Shown here: one piece after another, positions 1 to 9,521 of the stretch
Position numbering within the stretch: the first letter of the stretch is position 1
Layout: every line of letters begins with the position of its first letter
Assembly (NCBI RefSeq): GCF_000007145.1
Contig: NC_003902.1
Coordinates: forward strand, 847,436 to 879,435
Source of the DNA: Xanthomonas campestris pv. campestris str. ATCC 33913
Lineage (GTDB): Bacteria; Pseudomonadota; Gammaproteobacteria; Xanthomonadales; Xanthomonadaceae
DNA length: 32,000 nucleotides
Direction: 5' to 3'
Position numbers and translations under genes: made by a program
Notes under the pieces: generated by a model
The model's input: the letters and a program-made list of their open reading frames with translations, nothing else
Database searches by the model: none
What the model was told of the DNA's origin: nothing

Positions 1-614
1 CAGCGATTGCCGCCGAAGCCGGCGTGGACGACTACATCGCGCAGGCGCGCCCGGAAGACAAACTCGCGCGCATCCGCGCCGAGCAGGCCGGCGGGCGACT
101 GGTGGCGATGGTGGGTGACGGCACCAACGACGCCCCGGCACTCGCACAGGCTGACGTGGGCCTGGCGATGAACTCCGGCACTCAGGCCGCCAAGGAAGCC
201 GGCAACATGGTCGATCTGGATTCGGATCCGGCCAAGCTGCTGGCGGTGGTCGAAGTGGGCAAGCAGCAGCTGATCACCCGCGGCGCATTGACTACGTTCT
301 CGCTGGCAAACGACGTGTCGAAGTATTTCGCGATCCTGCCCGCATTGTTCGCTGCGGCCATTCCCTCGATGGCCGCGCTCAACGTGATGCACCTGTCCAG
401 CCCGCGGCATGCGGTGCTGGCGGCGCTGATCTTCAATGCGCTGATCATTCCTGCATTGATTCCGCTGGCACTGCGCGGGGTGCGGTTCCGTCCCTCCAGC
501 GCCACGGCGTTATTGCGCCGGAACATGCTGATCTACGGCCTGGGCGGCGTGTTGCTGCCGTTTGCCGCCATCAAACTGATCGATCTGGCGCTGGTCGCCA
601 CCCTGGGTGCCTGA
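1..614 (+). CDS. kdpB: K+-transporting P-type ATPase subunit KdpB, C-terminal part (5' end is upstream of the window)
   Basis: The frame is open from the window edge. The translation contains the P-type ATPase hinge motif [21 protein letters not shown] and C-terminal TM helices. kdpC, kdpD and kdpE follow directly. Confidence 0.9.
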   Translation, partial: AIAAEAGVDDYIAQARPEDKLARIRAEQAGGRLVAMVGDGTNDAPALAQADVGLAMNSGTQAAKEAGNMVDLDSDPAKLLAVVEVGKQQLITRGALTTFSLANDVSKYFAILPALFAAAIPSMAALNVMHLSSPRHAVLAALIFNALIIPALIPLALRGVRFRPSSATALLRRNMLIYGLGGVLLPFAAIKLIDLALVATLGA

Positions 615-617
615 GTC

Positions 618-1274
618 ATGACCACTTCTTCCAAGAGCACGACCATGTCTACCTCCCTGCCATTGCGCGACGATGGCGCGGTGCGCGCGTCCTTCGCCCT
701 CGCGTTGTTCGTGCTGCTCGGGCTGGGCCTGGGCTATTCGTTGGTGGCCACCGGCATCACCAGCGCGTTGATGCCGGATCAGGCGCATGGGTCACTGCTG
801 CGGGCGGATGGCCGGGTCATCGGCTCGTCGCTGGTGGCGCAGCCGTTTGCCGACGCGCGCTACTTTCAGCCGCGTCCATCCGCCGCCAAGTACGACCCCA
901 CCGCTGCGGCCGGCAGCAACCAGGCGCGCTCCAATCCAGAGCTGCTGGCGCGGATCGCCACCGCACGTGCGGAGATTGCACAGCGCGATGGCATTGCGCC
1001 GGATGCAGTTCCCGGCGAGCTGCTCACCCAGTCCGGCAGCGGCCTGGATCCACACCTGAGCCCGGCCGGTGCGCAGGTGCAACTGCGCCGCGTCGCCGCC
1101 GCCCGCGGCTGGCCGGAGCAACGCGTGGCCGCGCTGCTGCAGGCCGCCACCGAGCAGCCGCAGTTCGGCTTGCTTGGGCAGCCGCGAATCAATGTGCTCG
1201 CGCTGAATCTGGCGCTTGATCGCGCCGGAGATGGAGTGCCGGGAACGGAGAATGGCGTAGAGCAACAGCGCTAG
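618..1274 (+). CDS. kdpC: K+-transporting ATPase subunit KdpC
   Basis: 218-aa ORF starting 4 nt after kdpB. It has an N-terminal TM helix (FALALFVLLGLGLGYSLVATGI) and a KdpC-like core ending ...INVLALNLALD. The last ~16 codons (from ~1227) are encoded by the degenerate left arm of repeat HPE-1. ATG 645 is an alternative start. Confidence 0.85.
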   Translation: MTTSSKSTTMSTSLPLRDDGAVRASFALALFVLLGLGLGYSLVATGITSALMPDQAHGSLLRADGRVIGSSLVAQPFADARYFQPRPSAAKYDPTAAAGSNQARSNPELLARIATARAEIAQRDGIAPDAVPGELLTQSGSGLDPHLSPAGAQVQLRRVAAARGWPEQRVAALLQAATEQPQFGLLGQPRINVLALNLALDRAGDGVPGTENGVEQQR

Positions 1275-1370
1275 TACACCAAGCCAGGGTAGGCTCTTCG
1301 ATTCCCGATTCCCGATTCCCGATTCCCGATTCCCGATTCCCGATTCCCGATTCCCGATTCCCGATTCCCG
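1227..1370. repeat. Heptamer palindromic element copy 1 (HPE-1): degenerate G-rich left arm, loop, and a right arm expanded to 10 perfect CGATTCC units
   Basis: The left arm GGAGATG GAGTGCC GGGAACG GAGAATG (1227-1254) is in heptamer phase. The loop (1255-1298) contains the kdpC stop TAG at 1272-1274. The right arm is (CGATTCC)x10 at 1299-1368 plus CG, ending 1 nt before the kdpD ATG at 1372. Confidence 0.85.
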
Positions 1371-1371
1371 C

Positions 1372-4032
1372 ATGTCTGACGCCCGTACCCAACAAGCCGA
1401 TGCCCTCATCGGCGAACTGCAGCGCGAACACGGCGGTCGGCTGACCGTGTTCCTGGGCGCAGCGCCTGGCGTGGGCAAGACCTACGCCATGCTCTCGCGT
1501 GCGCGCGAGCGGCTGCGCCAGGGCGTGGATGTGGTGGCCGGGGTGGTGGAAACGCACGGCCGCAGCGAGACCGCCGCGTTGCTCGATGGCGTGCCGCTGC
1601 TGCCGCGTGTGCAGGTGAGCTACCAGGGGCATGCGCTGGAAGAACTGGCGCTGGATGCGCTGCTGGCGCGCAAGCCGCAGCTGGCGTTGATCGACGAGTT
1701 GGCACATCGCAACGTGCCCGGCAGCCGCCACGAGCGCCGCTGGCAGGACACCGTGGAGTTGCTGGACGCCGGCATCGACGTCTACACCACCGTCAATATC
1801 CAGCACCTGGAAAGCCTCAACGACATCGTGCTGCGCATCACCGGCGTGCGCGTGTCCGAGACCGTGCCAGATGCGGTGTTCGACCGCCTGCGCGACATCG
1901 TGCTGGTCGACCTGCCACCGCGTGAGCTGATCGAGCGGCTGCAGCAGGGGAAGGTGTATCTGCCCGAGCAGGCCAGCCAGGCGCTGCAGGCGTTCTTCTC
2001 GCCCTCCAACCTCACCGCGTTGCGCGAGCTGGCGATGCAGACCGCCGCCGACCGCGTGGACAGCGATCTGCGCGACACCCAGGCCGCGCGCGGTCTGCCG
2101 GGCACGGCGGCGTTGCGGCGGCATGTGGTGGTGGCAATCGACGGGCGCGGCAGCTCGGATTATCTGGTACGGGTGGCGCGGCGGCTGTCGGAACGCCGCG
2201 ACGCGCCATGGACTGTGGTGACGGTGCAGACACGCACCGTGGCCGATGCCGCCTGGCAACTGGAGATCGACCGCGCGTTCGCGTTGACGCGCCGGCTCGG
2301 CGGCGACACGGCGCTGCTGCATGGCGCCAACGTGGCCGATGCCTTGCTGGATTTCGCCTCGCAAAACGGCGTCTCCACATTGGTGTTGGGCCGCACTCGC
2401 GAGCGCCCGCTGGCACGCATGTTCAACCGAACGCTGACCCAGCAACTGCTACAGCGCGGCGCACATTACGAACTGGTCATCGTCAGCTCGGGCGATGCGC
2501 GCGCCCGCGCGCGCCAGCGCTGGCGTAATCCAGGCCAGTGGCTGCAGCGTTACGACCTGGCCTATGCCGCCATCGCTGCCGCCGCCGCGGTGGCGGTTGC
2601 CTGGGTGATCCAGCGCTGGACCGACATCGATGACCTGTCGATGGTGTTCATCGTTGCGGTGGTGCTGGTGGCCTCGCGCACGCGCATGGCCGCGGCGGTG
2701 ATCGCCGCACTGCTGAGTTTTGTCGCCTACAACTTCTTCTTCATCGAACCGCGTTTCACCTTGCACATCAGTGCGCGCCAGGGCGTGGTGACGGTATGCC
2801 TGTTCCTGATCGCCGCCCTGGTGGCCGGGCGCCTGGCCTCGCGCCTGCGCAGCCAGGTGCTCGCCCTGCGCGCGGCCAATGCGCACGCCAACGCGCTGCA
2901 GGCGCTGGCCCGCCAGCTCAGCACCGCGGCCGATCTGGGTCAGGTGCTGGAGGCCGGCCGGCGTGCGCTGGCCAGTGCGCTCGATGCAGAGGTCTGGCTG
3001 CGGCTGGAACAGTGCGAGAGCGAGGCGCCCACCAGTTTCAGTGCACTGGACCGCAACGCCGCCGACTGGACCCAGCGCCACGGCCAGCCGGCCGGCCGCT
3101 TCACCGACACCCTGGCCGGCGCGCAGTGGTGGTGCCTGCCGGTGCGGCATGAGCGCGGCACGCTGGGCGTGGCGGCGTTGCGCTTCCGCCAGCAGCTGCA
3201 ACGGCCGGGCCTGGAGCAGCGCCGCCTGGCCGAGGCGATGGTGGAAGACATTGGCCAGGCCGCACTGCGCACGCGTTTGGTTGCCGATCTGGAAGGCGCC
3301 CGCGTCAGCGGCGAAACCGAACGGCTGCGCTCGGCGTTGTTGTCATCGGTCTCGCACGATTTGCGCTCGCCGTTGGCCTCGATGATCGGCTCGGCCAGCA
3401 GCCTGGCCGAATATGGCGAGGCGATGGACGCCACCGACCGCCGCAGCCTGCTGGAGACCATCCAGCTCGAAGGCGAGCGGCTGGACCGCTATATCCAGAA
3501 CCTGCTCGACATGACCCGGCTCGGCCATACCGGGCTGACCTTGAAGCGCGACTGGATCGGCGTGGACGAGTTGATCGGCTCGGCCACGCGGCGGCTGCAG
3601 CGCTACCAGCCGCAGGTGCGCCTGCAGCTGGACCTGGCGCCGGAGCTGCCGGCGATCTGGGTGCATCCGGCGCTGGTGGAGCAGGCCATTTTCAACGTGC
3701 TGGAAAACGCAGCGAAATTCTCGCCGCCGGGCGTGGCGGTGACGGTGCAGGCCCGGCTGCAGAGCGGCGCCTTGCAGATCGAGATCGGCGACCAGGGCCC
3801 GGGCATTCCCGAAGACGAGCGCGCGCGTATCTTCGACATGTTCTACAGCGTGGAGCGCGGCGATCGCGGCCGCCACGGCACCGGCCTGGGTCTGACCATC
3901 TGCCAGGGCATGATCGGTGCGCATGGCGGCAGCGTGGAGGCCTTGGCCGGCCCGCATGGTCACGGCACCACGATCCGCATTACGCTGCCGCTGCTCGTTC
4001 CTGCCGCGTCACCTCGCCCCGATGCCGACTGA
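1372..4032 (+). CDS. kdpD: Sensor histidine kinase KdpD
   Basis: 886 aa. It has an N-terminal KdpD domain with a Walker-A-like GAAPGVGKTYAML, a USP-like region, four TM helices, an H-box (SSVSHDLRSPLASM) and an ATPase domain (N, G1 DQGPGIP, G2 GTGLGL). It lies in the kdp operon. Confidence 0.95.
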   Translation: MSDARTQQADALIGELQREHGGRLTVFLGAAPGVGKTYAMLSRARERLRQGVDVVAGVVETHGRSETAALLDGVPLLPRVQVSYQGHALEELALDALLARKPQLALIDELAHRNVPGSRHERRWQDTVELLDAGIDVYTTVNIQHLESLNDIVLRITGVRVSETVPDAVFDRLRDIVLVDLPPRELIERLQQGKVYLPEQASQALQAFFSPSNLTALRELAMQTAADRVDSDLRDTQAARGLPGTAALRRHVVVAIDGRGSSDYLVRVARRLSERRDAPWTVVTVQTRTVADAAWQLEIDRAFALTRRLGGDTALLHGANVADALLDFASQNGVSTLVLGRTRERPLARMFNRTLTQQLLQRGAHYELVIVSSGDARARARQRWRNPGQWLQRYDLAYAAIAAAAAVAVAWVIQRWTDIDDLSMVFIVAVVLVASRTRMAAAVIAALLSFVAYNFFFIEPRFTLHISARQGVVTVCLFLIAALVAGRLASRLRSQVLALRAANAHANALQALARQLSTAADLGQVLEAGRRALASALDAEVWLRLEQCESEAPTSFSALDRNAADWTQRHGQPAGRFTDTLAGAQWWCLPVRHERGTLGVAALRFRQQLQRPGLEQRRLAEAMVEDIGQAALRTRLVADLEGARVSGETERLRSALLSSVSHDLRSPLASMIGSASSLAEYGEAMDATDRRSLLETIQLEGERLDRYIQNLLDMTRLGHTGLTLKRDWIGVDELIGSATRRLQRYQPQVRLQLDLAPELPAIWVHPALVEQAIFNVLENAAKFSPPGVAVTVQARLQSGALQIEIGDQGPGIPEDERARIFDMFYSVERGDRGRHGTGLGLTICQGMIGAHGGSVEALAGPHGHGTTIRITLPLLVPAASPRPDAD

Positions 4033-4738
4033 CCCGACTGCCATTCCCCCCGCGCGCGTGCTCATCATCGACGACGAGCCGCAGATCCGCCGGTTTCTCG
4101 ACATCAGCCTGCGTGCGCAGGGGTACCGCGTGCTGCAGGCCGGCACCGCCGAAGAAGGCCTGGCCACGCTGGCCGGGCAGGGCGCCGAGCTGGTGGTGCT
4201 GGACATCGGCCTGCCTGATCGCGACGGCCACGAGGTGCTGCGCGAGATTCGCCAGTGGTCCAGCGTGCCGGTGATCATGCTCACCGTGCGCGCCGGCGAA
4301 ACCGAGAAGGTCGCCGCACTCGACGCCGGCGCCAATGACTACGTCACCAAGCCCTTCGGCGTGCAGGAGCTGATGGCCCGCATCCGCGCGCTGCTGCGCC
4401 AGGCCGGCGCCGGCAACACGGTGGAGGAAAGCGTGTTCGACGATGGCCGCCTGCATATCCACCTTGGCCTGCGCGAAGTCACGCTCGATGGCGAAGCAGT
4501 GCCGCTCAGCCGCAAGGAATACGCACTGCTCGCGCTGCTGTTCAAGCACGCAGGCCGCGTGGTGACGCAGCCGCAGTTGCTGCGCGAGGTGTGGGGCCCG
4601 ACCCATGAAGAAGACACGCATTACCTGCGCATCCTGGTCGGCAAGCTGCGCCAGAAGCTGCACGATGATGCGGCGGCGCCGCATTACATCGTGACCGAGC
4701 CGGGTGTGGGGCTGCGGTTTATTGGGGTCACACGCTGA
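4022..4738 (+). CDS. kdpE: OmpR-family response regulator KdpE
   Basis: The track ORF (3917) reads through the kdpD 3' end. The ATG at 4022 gives MPTDPTAIPPARVLIIDDEPQ..., a receiver domain (DIGLPDRDG, KPF) plus a winged-helix C-terminus (YLRILVGKLRQKL). It overlaps the kdpD stop by 11 nt. Confidence 0.9.
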   Translation: MPTDPTAIPPARVLIIDDEPQIRRFLDISLRAQGYRVLQAGTAEEGLATLAGQGAELVVLDIGLPDRDGHEVLREIRQWSSVPVIMLTVRAGETEKVAALDAGANDYVTKPFGVQELMARIRALLRQAGAGNTVEESVFDDGRLHIHLGLREVTLDGEAVPLSRKEYALLALLFKHAGRVVTQPQLLREVWGPTHEEDTHYLRILVGKLRQKLHDDAAAPHYIVTEPGVGLRFIGVTR

Positions 4739-4775
4739 GCGTGTCTGGTGCGCCAGATGTGGATGACCGCTTGTA

Positions 4776-5375
4776 TCAGGGGACGCTTTGCTGCCGGTAA
4801 TCGACGATGCCTTCGACGTACAGGATCATCTGCGCGCACAGCTGCAACCCGTGGTACCAGGGAAGGAAATCGTTGAGTGGAAGTCCAGCCATTGCAGCGT
4901 CGATGGTAAAGCTGCGCCATTGGACAGGAAGCTTGCTTTTGTTGCCGAAGTTCCATGCATTGTTGTGGCTGAAGGCGTTGCGCAGGTGCATCGCGAAGGC
5001 GAACCAGTCCTGGTCACGCAACTTCTTGAACTCTTGCTTTGCCGTAGCGTAACCCCCAGTAGCGGCCACGCTCTCCGAGAGCATGCGCGCATAGGCCGCG
5101 TCCATCGTCGAACGCGCCAGGCCAGCGTGTACGGCGGCGTTGAAGGTGACGCGGTAACCGTTGCCTTCCGGCTCTGGAGAAGTGTCGCCTTGGGTAATGG
5201 TGAAGCCCGATTCGGTGATATGGATGCAATGCCGCGCTATTTCCGGGCCGGTTTCCGGCGAGGTCAGCAGCGCATAGCCGGCGGCGCTGTAGTGAAACGC
5301 ATCGCGTGCGATGAGCAGCCGTTCCATTGCCTGGTTGCGGTGCGGATCGAGCGCTTTCCGAAGAAATTGGTTCAT
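4776..5375 (-). CDS. Hypothetical protein (199 aa) with an R-x4-H motif; possible HEPN-like domain
   Basis: This is a clean ORF with a protein-like composition, whereas the opposing 226-aa ORF is R/A/V-rich and looks like an antisense artefact. By eye GC is visibly lower than in the flanks (rough impression high-50s vs mid-60s %), with many A/T-ending codons. Motif LRNAFSHNN: R132 and H137 are encoded at 4965-4982. I recognise no family with certainty. Confidence 0.6.
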   Translation of the reverse strand: MNQFLRKALDPHRNQAMERLLIARDAFHYSAAGYALLTSPETGPEIARHCIHITESGFTITQGDTSPEPEGNGYRVTFNAAVHAGLARSTMDAAYARMLSESVAATGGYATAKQEFKKLRDQDWFAFAMHLRNAFSHNNAWNFGNKSKLPVQWRSFTIDAAMAGLPLNDFLPWYHGLQLCAQMILYVEGIVDYRQQSVP

Positions 5376-5397
5376 GGAATGAGTATCTATCGGACTT

Positions 5398-6792
5398 TCA
5401 CTCTGCGGGCGATGTGGGCAGCACCTTGCCCGGATTCAAAATGCCATCCGGATCCAGCGCGGCCTTGATCGCGCGCATGGCCGCCAGTGTGGGTGCGCTG
5501 AAGGCCTGGGTCATGAAATCGCGCTTGGCCACGCCGATGCCGTGTTCGCCGGAGAGCGTGCCTTCCAGCGCCAGTACCAGCGCAAACACGCGCGGCAGTG
5601 CCGCCTGCGCGCGCGCCGTTTCATCGGCGTCGTCCGGGTCATACATGATGTTGACGTGCAGGTTGCCATTGCCGGCATGACCGAAGGCAACGATTGGCAC
5701 CGCGAATTCCACCGCCAGTGCTTCCACACCAGCGACAAGCTCAGGAATGCGCGAGACCGGTACCACCACGTCCTCGTTGATCTTGCCCGGCTTGATGGTG
5801 CGCAATGCCGGCGACAACGCACGGCGTGCCGCCCATAGTTTGTCGCGCGCGCTGCCATCGGCGGCGATGTCCAGGCTGAGGACGCCATCGCCATCGGCCG
5901 CGTCATGCAGGGCCTGCAATGCGTAGGGCAGGGTGTCGTGATCGCCATCGGCTTCGATCAACAGCATCGCGCCGGCATCGGGCACGTCGCTGCCATTGCG
6001 GCGCAGTAGCGCAATCGCGCTGGCATCCATGAATTCCAGCATCGTCGGCGTGGTGGGTTGCGCCATGATGCGCGACACCGCCGCCGCCGCGCTGGCGGCA
6101 TCGCGGTACAGCGCACGCACGCCGGCTTGCGCGACTGCGCGCGGGGTCAGCTTCAGCGTCGCTTCGACGATGATCGCCAGCGTGCCTTCGCTGCCGACCA
6201 GCAAATGCGTGAGGTCGTAGCCAGTGGAATTTTTGGTGTACGCGCCACCGCAGTGAATGACATCGCCGGTGCCGGTCACCGCGACCAAGCCGAGCACGTT
6301 GTCGCGGGTGGCGCCGTATTTCACCGCACGCGGGCCGCCGGCATTGGTCGACAGGTTGCCGCCCACGCTGCAGATCTCCGCGCTCGATGGATCCGGCGGC
6401 CAGAACAGGCCGTGCGGCTGCAAGGCCTGCTGCAAATCGCCATTGAGCACACCCGGTTGCACCACCGCACAGCGGTCGGCCGGGCGCAACGCCAGGATGC
6501 GGTTCATGCGCGCCATCGATACCACCACGCCGCCGGAAAACGGCACTGCCGCGCCAGTGGTGCCGGTGCCCGCGCCGCGCGCCACGATCGGCACGCCATG
6601 CGCGCGGCACGCCTGCACGATCGCCACCACGTCATCGGTATCGCGCGGCAGCGCCACCGCACCCGGCAATGCCCAGCGCCGCGAATCGTCCTCGCCATAG
6701 CGGCGCCGCGCGTCTGCGCCGGTCAGCCAGCCTTCCGGTCCAAGCCGTGCGGCCAGCAGGTCGGCCAGCGCGGTGGGAAGTCCATCAGTCAT
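5398..6792 (-). CDS. FAD-linked oxidase (GlcD / D-lactate dehydrogenase family)
   Basis: The track ORF (to 7284) is over-extended. The ATG at 6790-6792 gives MTDGLPTALADLL..., with an FAD-binding PCMH-type region (VVAIVQACRAHGVPIVARGAGTGTTG) and a C-terminal GlcD-like GEHGIGVAKRDFM. Its start overlaps the stop of the upstream gene (ATGA). Confidence 0.85.
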   Translation of the reverse strand: MTDGLPTALADLLAARLGPEGWLTGADARRRYGEDDSRRWALPGAVALPRDTDDVVAIVQACRAHGVPIVARGAGTGTTGAAVPFSGGVVVSMARMNRILALRPADRCAVVQPGVLNGDLQQALQPHGLFWPPDPSSAEICSVGGNLSTNAGGPRAVKYGATRDNVLGLVAVTGTGDVIHCGGAYTKNSTGYDLTHLLVGSEGTLAIIVEATLKLTPRAVAQAGVRALYRDAASAAAAVSRIMAQPTTPTMLEFMDASAIALLRRNGSDVPDAGAMLLIEADGDHDTLPYALQALHDAADGDGVLSLDIAADGSARDKLWAARRALSPALRTIKPGKINEDVVVPVSRIPELVAGVEALAVEFAVPIVAFGHAGNGNLHVNIMYDPDDADETARAQAALPRVFALVLALEGTLSGEHGIGVAKRDFMTQAFSAPTLAAMRAIKAALDPDGILNPGKVLPTSPAE

Positions 6793-7328
6793 GACGCGTG
6801 ATCCTGTGGTGTCGCGCGTTGGAGGCATCGCCACCCAAGCGCCGCGACGGTGAGCGGCAACCACACCCAGCGCAGCTCGGAGAGCAGCACGGTGAGGCCA
6901 CGCGTATTGAAGAAATTGCCGGCAAACGGGGAGACCCGAATCGGCCGCCACGGCGCAAACCAGCGCGCATCGCTCCACGGCCAGGCCAGGGCCACGCCCA
7001 GGCCGCCGGAGGTCATTGCATCCAGCAGCGGATGCGAAGCGGTGCAGATCAACAGAAATACTGCGGCCTGCAGTGCATCGGCGCGCAGCAGGCGATGCGC
7101 GCCGGCACCCAGCGCGGCCGTCAACATGGCAAACAGCAGCGAGTGACTGGCGCCGCGGTGGCCGAACGCATCGGCATACGGGATGTGCAGCGCAAAAGCG
7201 GCCACGTCGGCATCGGGCAGCATTGCGGCCACCACGCCGGCGGCAAGCAGGCGCGGGCTGATGCGTCCGCGCTCGCTGGCACACCAGAGCGCCAGCGGCA
7301 CCGCGGCGTGGGTCATGATGGTTGGCAT
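6789..7328 (-). CDS. Membrane-bound metal-dependent hydrolase, YdjM/DUF457-like
   Basis: The ATG at 7326-7328 gives MPTIMTHAAVPLAL.... It has the LPDAD ... FGHRGASHSLLF motif pattern typical of YdjM-family proteins and is hydrophobic throughout. It is 179 aa; ATG 7316 is an alternative start. Confidence 0.7.
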   Translation of the reverse strand: MPTIMTHAAVPLALWCASERGRISPRLLAAGVVAAMLPDADVAAFALHIPYADAFGHRGASHSLLFAMLTAALGAGAHRLLRADALQAAVFLLICTASHPLLDAMTSGGLGVALAWPWSDARWFAPWRPIRVSPFAGNFFNTRGLTVLLSELRWVWLPLTVAALGWRCLQRATPQDHAS

Positions 7329-7344
7329 CGAACGGGCTCGTTGC

Positions 7345-7713
7345 TCAGCAGTCGTCGAGACGGAATGCGTCGCGGATCCAGTGCAGCAGCGGCGGCTCGC
7401 CGCTGGCCTCGACCACATCGAAGCGGCACGGCAGCGCCGCGAGCGCCGGGTGGGCGGCAAGGAACAGTTGCGCGGCCAGTACCAGCTTGCGGCGTTTACG
7501 GAAATCCACCGATGCCGCGCCGCCACCGAAGCGTGCGTCGCGACGGTAGCGCACTTCCACAAACACCAGCATCGGGCCGTCGCGCATCACCAGATCGAGT
7601 TCACCGCCGCGGTAATTGGCGTTGCCCGCCACCAGCCGCAGCCCGGCCTGTTCCAGCTGCGCGCGTGCGGCGGCTTCCACCGCTGCACCACGCTGCTGGC
7701 GGGCCGCCGGCAT
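7345..7713 (-). CDS. yraN: YraN family (UPF0102) endonuclease-like protein
   Basis: The 122-aa C-terminal portion of track ORF 7345..8073, starting at the ATG at 7711-7713. The sequence [22 protein letters not shown]...[11 protein letters not shown] fits UPF0102. It lies directly downstream of lpoA, as in enterobacteria. Confidence 0.85.
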
Positions 7714-7717
7714 GGGC

Positions 7718-9448
7718 TTAGCGGCCGTCGGCGATCGGGACCGGCCGGCCACCGTTGAAGGTGGACCACGCCGGCGTGCGCAGCACATTGCCGAACCCAT
7801 CCAGATGCAGGGTGCCGGTTGCGCCGCGCAGGCCGCCGTCGCTGCCGGTGGCGAGCTTTTCCAGGTACGCGCTGATCTTCCAGGCGTCGTAGCCGAACGC
7901 GAACAGGCGTGCCGCCGGGCCGCGTGCGCTGGGCAGGGTGCTGGCGACCTGGCTGGCTGCCGGCAGGCCGGACACGCCCAGGGCGGTCCAGGTCTCGCTG
8001 GGGTAGACGATGCCGTCCAGCGCCAGGTCGTCTTCCACCTTGCCGGTGCCGGCCACCAGCTGCGAGGTGCCAACGCGCGACTTGCCGGCGAACCCGCTCA
8101 ATGCCAACTGCGGCGCCAACGCGCGCGCGGTGTTGCCGCGCACCGCCAGGAACACCGCATCGGCGGTGCCGTAATTGCGCAACTGCGCGCCGATGTCGCC
8201 TGGCACATCGGCCACGCTGATGCTGCCGGCGATGGTGCCGCCGCGTTCGCTGAAACGGTCGCGGAAGGCCTTGATGGTGCGCTTGCCGTTGTCGTCGCTG
8301 GTGCCGACGATCAGCACATTGCGGCGTTCGCGCGAGAGCAGGTATTCGGCAGCCATGATGCCGTCGTCTTCTGGCGCCAGCGAGAACCCGGCGCTGCCGC
8401 TGGGCGGGGCCTTGTTGTCGGTGGGGCGGTTGAGCGCCAGCACCGGCACCGCGAGCTGGCCGCGCGCAAACAGCGCGCTGACCTCGTCGCGGCCCAGCGG
8501 GCCGACCACGTAATCCACGCCCGCACCCACGGCCTTGTCGTAGGCGGCATTGGCGCCGGCGGCGGTGCCGGCGGTGTCGAAGAAGCGCAGTTCCGGGCGG
8601 CGGCGGGTCTCGGCGTAATAGCCGGCCAGCAGGCCGTCGCGTACCGGCGCCGAGGCGGTGGCCAGGTTGCCGCTGAGCGGCAGCAGCACGCCCAGCTTCA
8701 CCGGCGGGCGGTAGCCGTCGCGTTCGGCCGGCGGGCGCTTGCTGGTGTCGAAGCCCCACTGCGCGTCACGTTCGAAGGCGCGCGGCAGCGGCAGGCCACG
8801 GCTGATCAGCGCGCGGCCGGCGAAGTTGTACAGCGGGTCGCCGGCCGGCAGCGCGGCGGTGCGGCCCTTGAGCGTGGCGTCGTCGAGCGCGGCAAGCAGG
8901 CGCACGATGGCGCGCTGGTTCTCGCTACGCGGTGTGCCGGTCAGGCTGGCGTCGGCGCGGGCGCGGTCGGCCGCGGCACCGAACAGGTCGCCGGTGGCTT
9001 CCAGCGCGGCGGCGCGTGCCACCAGCCAGCGCGTCTGCAGCGGCTGGGTCAGCCCCTGCGGGCTGTCGCCCAAGGCCTGCAGTGCCTGCGCGGCCTGCTT
9101 GTCGATCACCGCCAGCTCGCCGGTGAGCAGGTCAAAACGCGCGCGGTCCTCGCCGGTGAGGTGGCGCGCGGTGACCTGGCCCAGCAAGGTACGGGCGCGT
9201 GCGTCGTCGCCGGCATCGTGCCAACCGAACGCCGCCGCAGCCAGCAGGCGGCTGCGCTGCGCACCGCTGGCGCTGGCTGCCTCGGCTTCCAGTTGCTGCG
9301 CGGCCTCGCGCGGCTTGCCCTGGTCCAACAGCGCCAGCGCCGCGCTCTGTGTCGGCGAAGCGGTCTGGGTGACGCTGCTGGTCGCGCAACCGGCGGCCAG
9401 CATGACCATCAGCGAGAGGGCGGAGATCCTTGCAACACGCTTGTTCAT
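7718..9448 (-). CDS. lpoA: Penicillin-binding protein activator LpoA (LppC-family lipoprotein)
   Basis: 576 aa with a lipoprotein signal and lipobox (MVMLAAGC). It has an N-terminal TPR-like region and a C-terminal periplasmic-binding-protein-like domain. It shows the conserved divergent pairing with rsmI and is followed by yraN. Confidence 0.85.
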
Positions 9449-9521
9449 TTCAGATCCATTGGACAGGGGCCGCCAGGGCGGACCGTTAAAAACGCTACGA
9501 TTCTACGCTTTGCCCTTGAGA

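Noticed and set aside
1299-1370. Whether the heptamer arrays could be a CRISPR array.
   Set aside because: The units are 7 nt and directly abutting, with no spacers. No cas genes or leader are present. The arrays are arms of inverted repeats.
4730-4756. Small hairpins at the kdpE stop (ACACGC-TGA-GCGTGT and CTGG-TGCG-CCAG) as a bidirectional terminator for the convergent kdpE and orphan genes.
   Set aside because: The stems are short (4-6 bp) and lack U-tracts on either strand. I cannot support a terminator call.
5398-7284. The 628-aa ORF read as a single large oxidase. Similar over-extensions: 8739-10352 (rsmI), 15262-18048 (murE), 20283-21968 (ftsW), 19459-20604 (mraY) and 3917-4738 (kdpE).
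   Set aside because: The upstream portions are R/C/A-rich nonsense overlapping the real upstream genes in another frame. Internal starts reproduce canonical N-termini and typical protein lengths.
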